In this document: piece by piece, positions 60,159-64,000 of the stretch
Layout: the number at the start of each line of letters is the position of its first letter
How positions within the stretch are numbered: position 1 is the first letter of the stretch
Origin: Patescibacteria group bacterium
Lineage (GTDB): Bacteria; Patescibacteriota; Patescibacteriia; CAIXNZ01
Assembly (NCBI GenBank): GCA_028714455.1
Contig: JAQTMG010000001.1
Span: 128,568 to 192,567 of the forward strand
Direction: 5' to 3'
DNA length: 64,000 bases
The notes under the pieces: generated by a model
Told to the model about the DNA's origin: nothing
Databases searched by the model: none
The model's input: the letters and a program-made list of their open reading frames with translations, nothing else
Made by a program: the position numbers and the translations under genes

Positions 60159-63100
60159 ATGAACTCAAAAAAGAAAAAGCAGAAATCTAAGTGGCATCGC
60201 CTGATTGATAAGAATTTTATTGCCGTTAATATCGCCCTGGCCATCACCCTGGTTATCTACCAAGTGGCTTTTTCTGTGTTTTGGGGTCGAGGTACGGCCT
60301 GGGCGCTGCCCGCACCCAATATTTTCAGAGCGCCGATTAATTACGGCGTCGGTACTGTCCCTGCTTTTGTCACCAGCGCTGATTTTAACGGCGATACTCA
60401 TTCCGATTTAGTCGTGGCTAATAGCGGCTCTAGTAACGTTTCTATACTTTTGGGTAACGGTGACGGCACCTTTGCCGCCGCTGTCAACTATAACGTCGGT
60501 ACCGCGCCCAACTCAATTACCAGCGCTGATTTTAACGGCGACACTTTTTTGGATCTGGCCGTGGCAAACAATGATAGCGATAATGTTTCCATTCTCCTCG
60601 GCGCCGGCGACGGCACTTTCGCGGCCGCGGTAGATTACAGCGTCGGCACCGCGCCTCGCTCAATCACTAGTGCTGATTTTGACGGCGACACTTTTTTGGA
60701 TCTGGCCGTGGCAAATGATACCAGCAATGACGTTTCCATCCTGCTCGGCGCCGGCGACGGCACTTTCGCGGCCGCTGTTAACTACGCGGTCGGTACTAAT
60801 CCGGTTTTCATTACCAGCGCTGATTTTGACGGCGACACTTTTTTGGATCTGGCCGTGGCAGATTTTGCCGACAATGACACCTCTATTCTCTTGGGCGCCG
60901 GCGACGGCACTTTCGCGGCCGCGGTCACTTACAGCGTCGGCACCAGCCCGACTTCTATTGCCAGCGCTGATTTTAACGGCGACACTCATCTTGACCTGGC
61001 CGTAACAAATTTTACCAGCGAAGATGTTTCCATCTTACTTGGCGTTGGCGACGGCACTTTCGCGGCCGCGGTTAATTATGGCGTGGGCAAAGGTCCTAGC
61101 GCGATTATCAGCGCTGATTTTGACGGCGACACTCATTTGGATTTGGCCACTTCAAATAGCGGCACTTATGATGTTTCCATTTTGCTCGGCGCCGGTGACG
61201 GCACTTTCGCAGTCACGGCCAGTTACCGAGTAGGTGCTGGTCCTCTCGCGGTCACCAGCGCTGACTTTAACGGAGACATCCATCCTGATTTAGCCGTGGT
61301 AAATTCTACTGATAATAATGTTTCCATTATTCTCGGTGTCGGTGACGGCACTTTCGCGGCTACGGCCAATTTCGCGACAGCCGGTCAGGCCCCCAATTCG
61401 TTTGCCAGCGCTGATTTTGACGGCGATACTCAAGCTGATTTAGCCGTGGTAAATGTTGACAGCGGTGATGTCTCTGTTTTTTTGGGCGTTGGCGACGGCA
61501 CCTTCGCGGTTCCAGTTACTTACGTCGTCGGCACTACTCCGACCTCAATTGCTAGCGCCGACTTTGACGAGGATACGCACCCTGACTTGGCCGTAACAAA
61601 TTATGGCAGTGATAACTTTTCCATTCTCTTGGGCAACGGTGACGGCACTTTCGCGGCCGCGGTTAATCACGCCGCTGGTGTTGGTCCGGGCATAATTATT
61701 ACTGGCGACTTTGATGGCGACACTCATCAAGATCTGGCCATATTGTATGCGGATAGTAACGAAGTTGCCATTTTGCTGGGCAACGGCGACGGCACTTTCG
61801 CGGCCCCGGTCACTTATGCCGTCGGCGCCGGTTCCAGCGCGATTACCAGCGCTGATTTTAACGAAGACACTCATCTTGATCTGGCCACGGCTGATTTGGG
61901 CGCCGGGGACGTTTCCATTCTGCTGGGCAACGGCGACGGCACTTTCGCGGCCGCGACTAACCTTGGTCTTGTCGCCAGCCCCGACTCTATCGCCAGCGCC
62001 GACTTTGACGGCGACACTCATCTTGACCTGGCCGTGACAAATTTTGCTACTGATGACGTCTCCATCCTCCTAGGCAACGGCGACGGCACTTTCGCCGCTC
62101 CAGTCACTTACGCCGTCGGCTCCGGCCCTGGTTCAGTTGCTGTCGCTGATTTTAACGGCGACGCTCATCCTGACCTGGCCGTGGCAAATATGAACGGTGA
62201 TAACGCCTCTGTCTTGCTTAACAACAGTGACGGCACCTTTGCCGCCGCGATTGACTATGGAACCGGCATCAATCCCTTATCGGTAATTAGCGCCGACTTT
62301 AACGGCGACGCTCGCGCCGACTTGGCTTCTGTAAATTCTGGCACTAATAATGTTTCCATATTTCTTAACAGCTACGTTCCTGTCGGTGTGCCAGTCTCGT
62401 CTGGAGGCAGCGCGGCTGGCCAGCCTTATGTTGGTCCATTTGTGATTTTAATTAATGGCGGCGCGGAAAAAACTGATTCTACGACCGTGGAGCTAACTTT
62501 GCAGGCGCCTGGTGCCGTAACCATGCGCGTCTCCAATGATTTTGAAATGATCGGAGCAGAATGGGAGTTTTTTACCGCGACCAAAACTTGGTCTTTGACT
62601 TCGGGCGAAGGTGAGAAAAAAGTCTACGCCCAATTTAAAAATAGCTTTGGCGTAACATCTGGCGTTGTTTCGTCTTCAATAATTTATCAACCGGTCGCTT
62701 CTTCTCCCACACCAGAACAACCGACTGCCGGTCTTATATTACATGGCCAAGAGCCGGCCGCGCCACTACCTCCAGGCACAGAAGTGGGCACGCTGGTTAA
62801 AAGCGCGGGTTCAAACATTGTTTATTTTATCGGTGAAGATAACAGGCGCCACGAATTTCCAAGCGAGGCAATATTTTCAAGCTGGTTTAAGGATTTTTCC
62901 GGCGTTAAGACAATTTCCGCTGGCACGTTAAATCTTATTCCGCTGGGCAGCCAAGTGACTGTCAGACCAGGGACTTGGTTGGTCAAGTTGCCGTCAGATA
63001 CCAAAGTCTACGCGGTTGAACCATATGGCGTTCTTCGCTGGCTAAAAGTAGAACAGATTGCCCTGGATTTATACGGCCCAAACTGGAATAAGAGAGTAAT

Positions 63101-63365
63101 TGATTTGCCCTCATTGGCTGACTATCAGATCGGGTCTGATGTTATGACCTTGATTCATCCGACTGGCTCGGTCATCCAATACGCCGGCGCCAGCTCCAGA
63201 TATTACATTGACAATGGAGTTAAAAAATTTATACCGTTGCTTGTCTTTAGCGGTGATTTATTCCAGGATAGATTTGTCTGCGATAATGTTTCCGCGGCCA
63301 TAAGCTATTCCTCTGAAAGCGATCTGTCTGTCCGGCCGGTTCAAAATTTGATGACCTTAAGATAA
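60159..63365 (+). CDS. FG-GAP/VCBS-repeat surface protein (about 20 repeats) with N-terminal TM and a C-terminal non-repeat domain of about 300 aa
   Basis: A unit of about 50 aa recurs: F(A)AAVNYxVGTxPxSITSADFNGDTHLDLAVANxxSxxVSILLGxGDGT. An N-terminal hydrophobic helix follows a KKKKQKSK stretch. Confidence 0.8.
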   Translation: MNSKKKKQKSKWHRLIDKNFIAVNIALAITLVIYQVAFSVFWGRGTAWALPAPNIFRAPINYGVGTVPAFVTSADFNGDTHSDLVVANSGSSNVSILLGNGDGTFAAAVNYNVGTAPNSITSADFNGDTFLDLAVANNDSDNVSILLGAGDGTFAAAVDYSVGTAPRSITSADFDGDTFLDLAVANDTSNDVSILLGAGDGTFAAAVNYAVGTNPVFITSADFDGDTFLDLAVADFADNDTSILLGAGDGTFAAAVTYSVGTSPTSIASADFNGDTHLDLAVTNFTSEDVSILLGVGDGTFAAAVNYGVGKGPSAIISADFDGDTHLDLATSNSGTYDVSILLGAGDGTFAVTASYRVGAGPLAVTSADFNGDIHPDLAVVNSTDNNVSIILGVGDGTFAATANFATAGQAPNSFASADFDGDTQADLAVVNVDSGDVSVFLGVGDGTFAVPVTYVVGTTPTSIASADFDEDTHPDLAVTNYGSDNFSILLGNGDGTFAAAVNHAAGVGPGIIITGDFDGDTHQDLAILYADSNEVAILLGNGDGTFAAPVTYAVGAGSSAITSADFNEDTHLDLATADLGAGDVSILLGNGDGTFAAATNLGLVASPDSIASADFDGDTHLDLAVTNFATDDVSILLGNGDGTFAAPVTYAVGSGPGSVAVADFNGDAHPDLAVANMNGDNASVLLNNSDGTFAAAIDYGTGINPLSVISADFNGDARADLASVNSGTNNVSIFLNSYVPVGVPVSSGGSAAGQPYVGPFVILINGGAEKTDSTTVELTLQAPGAVTMRVSNDFEMIGAEWEFFTATKTWSLTSGEGEKKVYAQFKNSFGVTSGVVSSSIIYQPVASSPTPEQPTAGLILHGQEPAAPLPPGTEVGTLVKSAGSNIVYFIGEDNRRHEFPSEAIFSSWFKDFSGVKTISAGTLNLIPLGSQVTVRPGTWLVKLPSDTKVYAVEPYGVLRWLKVEQIALDLYGPNWNKRVIDLPSLADYQIGSDVMTLIHPTGSVIQYAGASSRYYIDNGVKKFIPLLVFSGDLFQDRFVCDNVSAAISYSSESDLSVRPVQNLMTLR

Positions 63366-63585
63366 AAAAATTATAATATTTTTTGGTAACCAAAAGCCTT
63401 GAAAATATTTGGCTAATTAGACACAACAAATAAGTGGATAAACATTTGCCCGTTTTTTGCTTTATTTGTTATAATTAAACAAAAGAAAATAAGTTTGAAT
63501 AAATGGGAATAAATAAAGTTTTTTGTTGCGAAAATTAGCAAGTTTAAATATTTAATTTAAGCGTTTTTATTAATTTCAAAAAATA

Positions 63586-64000
63586 TGAATTTCAAACAAA
63601 CAAAGCAAAGATCTAAATGGCACCATTTAATCGACAAAAAATTTATTGCCATTTATATCGCTCTCGCCGTTGTCCTGATTATTAATCAAGTGGTCTTCTC
63701 CTATCTTTTGTCTGACAAGAGGGAGGCCAAGGCGTTTGGCTCGGGTTTTGGTTCGGTCCTGATGACAGATTTAGCTGATTCGGTTGTCTATGCCGGGGCC
63801 AGCAACGTTCTCTTGGCTCAATTTTGGGTTCCCGATCCCTTGTTAAGCACCAGCGTAACTTGTAATTGGGCGCTGGGTAATCCTTGTTTGCGGCTAGTGG
63901 AGGCTGATGGCACTGCCACGGCCGGAGCTGGCGTTGACGATGATGGCGCTACTTGGTTTTTTCAAACTGAACCAAGTGGAAGAATGGCAAGAACGTTTTT
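63586..64000 (+). CDS. paralogous repeat-protein N-terminus (partial; runs off the window end)
   Basis: MNFKQTKQRSKWHHLIDKKFIAIYIALAVVLIINQV parallels the N-terminus of the 60159 gene. Confidence 0.55.

Noticed and set aside
60165-62037. Alternative-frame ORFs (78-158 aa) across the FG-GAP repeat gene
   Set aside because: They are repetitive off-frame translations of the tandem repeats.
60400-62330. CRISPR array
   Set aside because: The only periodic direct repeats are coding FG-GAP units (about 150 bp, in-frame) and the 512-bp tandem element. No short-repeat/spacer architecture and no cas genes are present.

Overview
This 64 kb window looks like a low-GC (about 38-40%) Patescibacteria/CPR-like chromosome segment carrying mostly housekeeping genes. 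A candidate, possibly novel, system is flagged: a compositionally foreign GC-rich island at 41065..43623. Recognisable genes include ruvB (truncated at the window start), HU (two copies), khpA-like, a beta-CASP RNase, rpsA, gyrA, rpmF, nusB, rnc, clpP, nrnA-like, rbfA, rpoB, rpoC, rny with a ymdB-like gene, infB, trxA, trxB, leuS, apt and a GT2 glycosyltransferase. CPR-typical surface proteins are present (a lamin-tail/PKD protein and a very large FG-GAP repeat protein). There are four tRNAs, all on the minus strand, and each sits beside a recombination scar or a small GIY-YIG nuclease gene. The unusual content is: (i) a roughly 2.5 kb GC-rich (near 60%) island between rpoC and hup, flanked by an 11-nt direct repeat; (ii) a tandemly duplicated 512-bp element whose junction core matches the 3' end of a tRNA-Lys fragment, next to a tRNA-Arg/tRNA-Lys/GIY-YIG cluster; (iii) a second GC- and codon-atypical gene (54917..55618) bounded by a nested palindromic repeat element; (iv) small families of intergenic palindromic repeats; and (v) a leuS gene with a roughly 145-aa insertion carrying a nucleotidyltransferase-like motif. 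No rRNA or CRISPR array was seen. All calls rest on reading the sequence and the ORF track, with no database searches.
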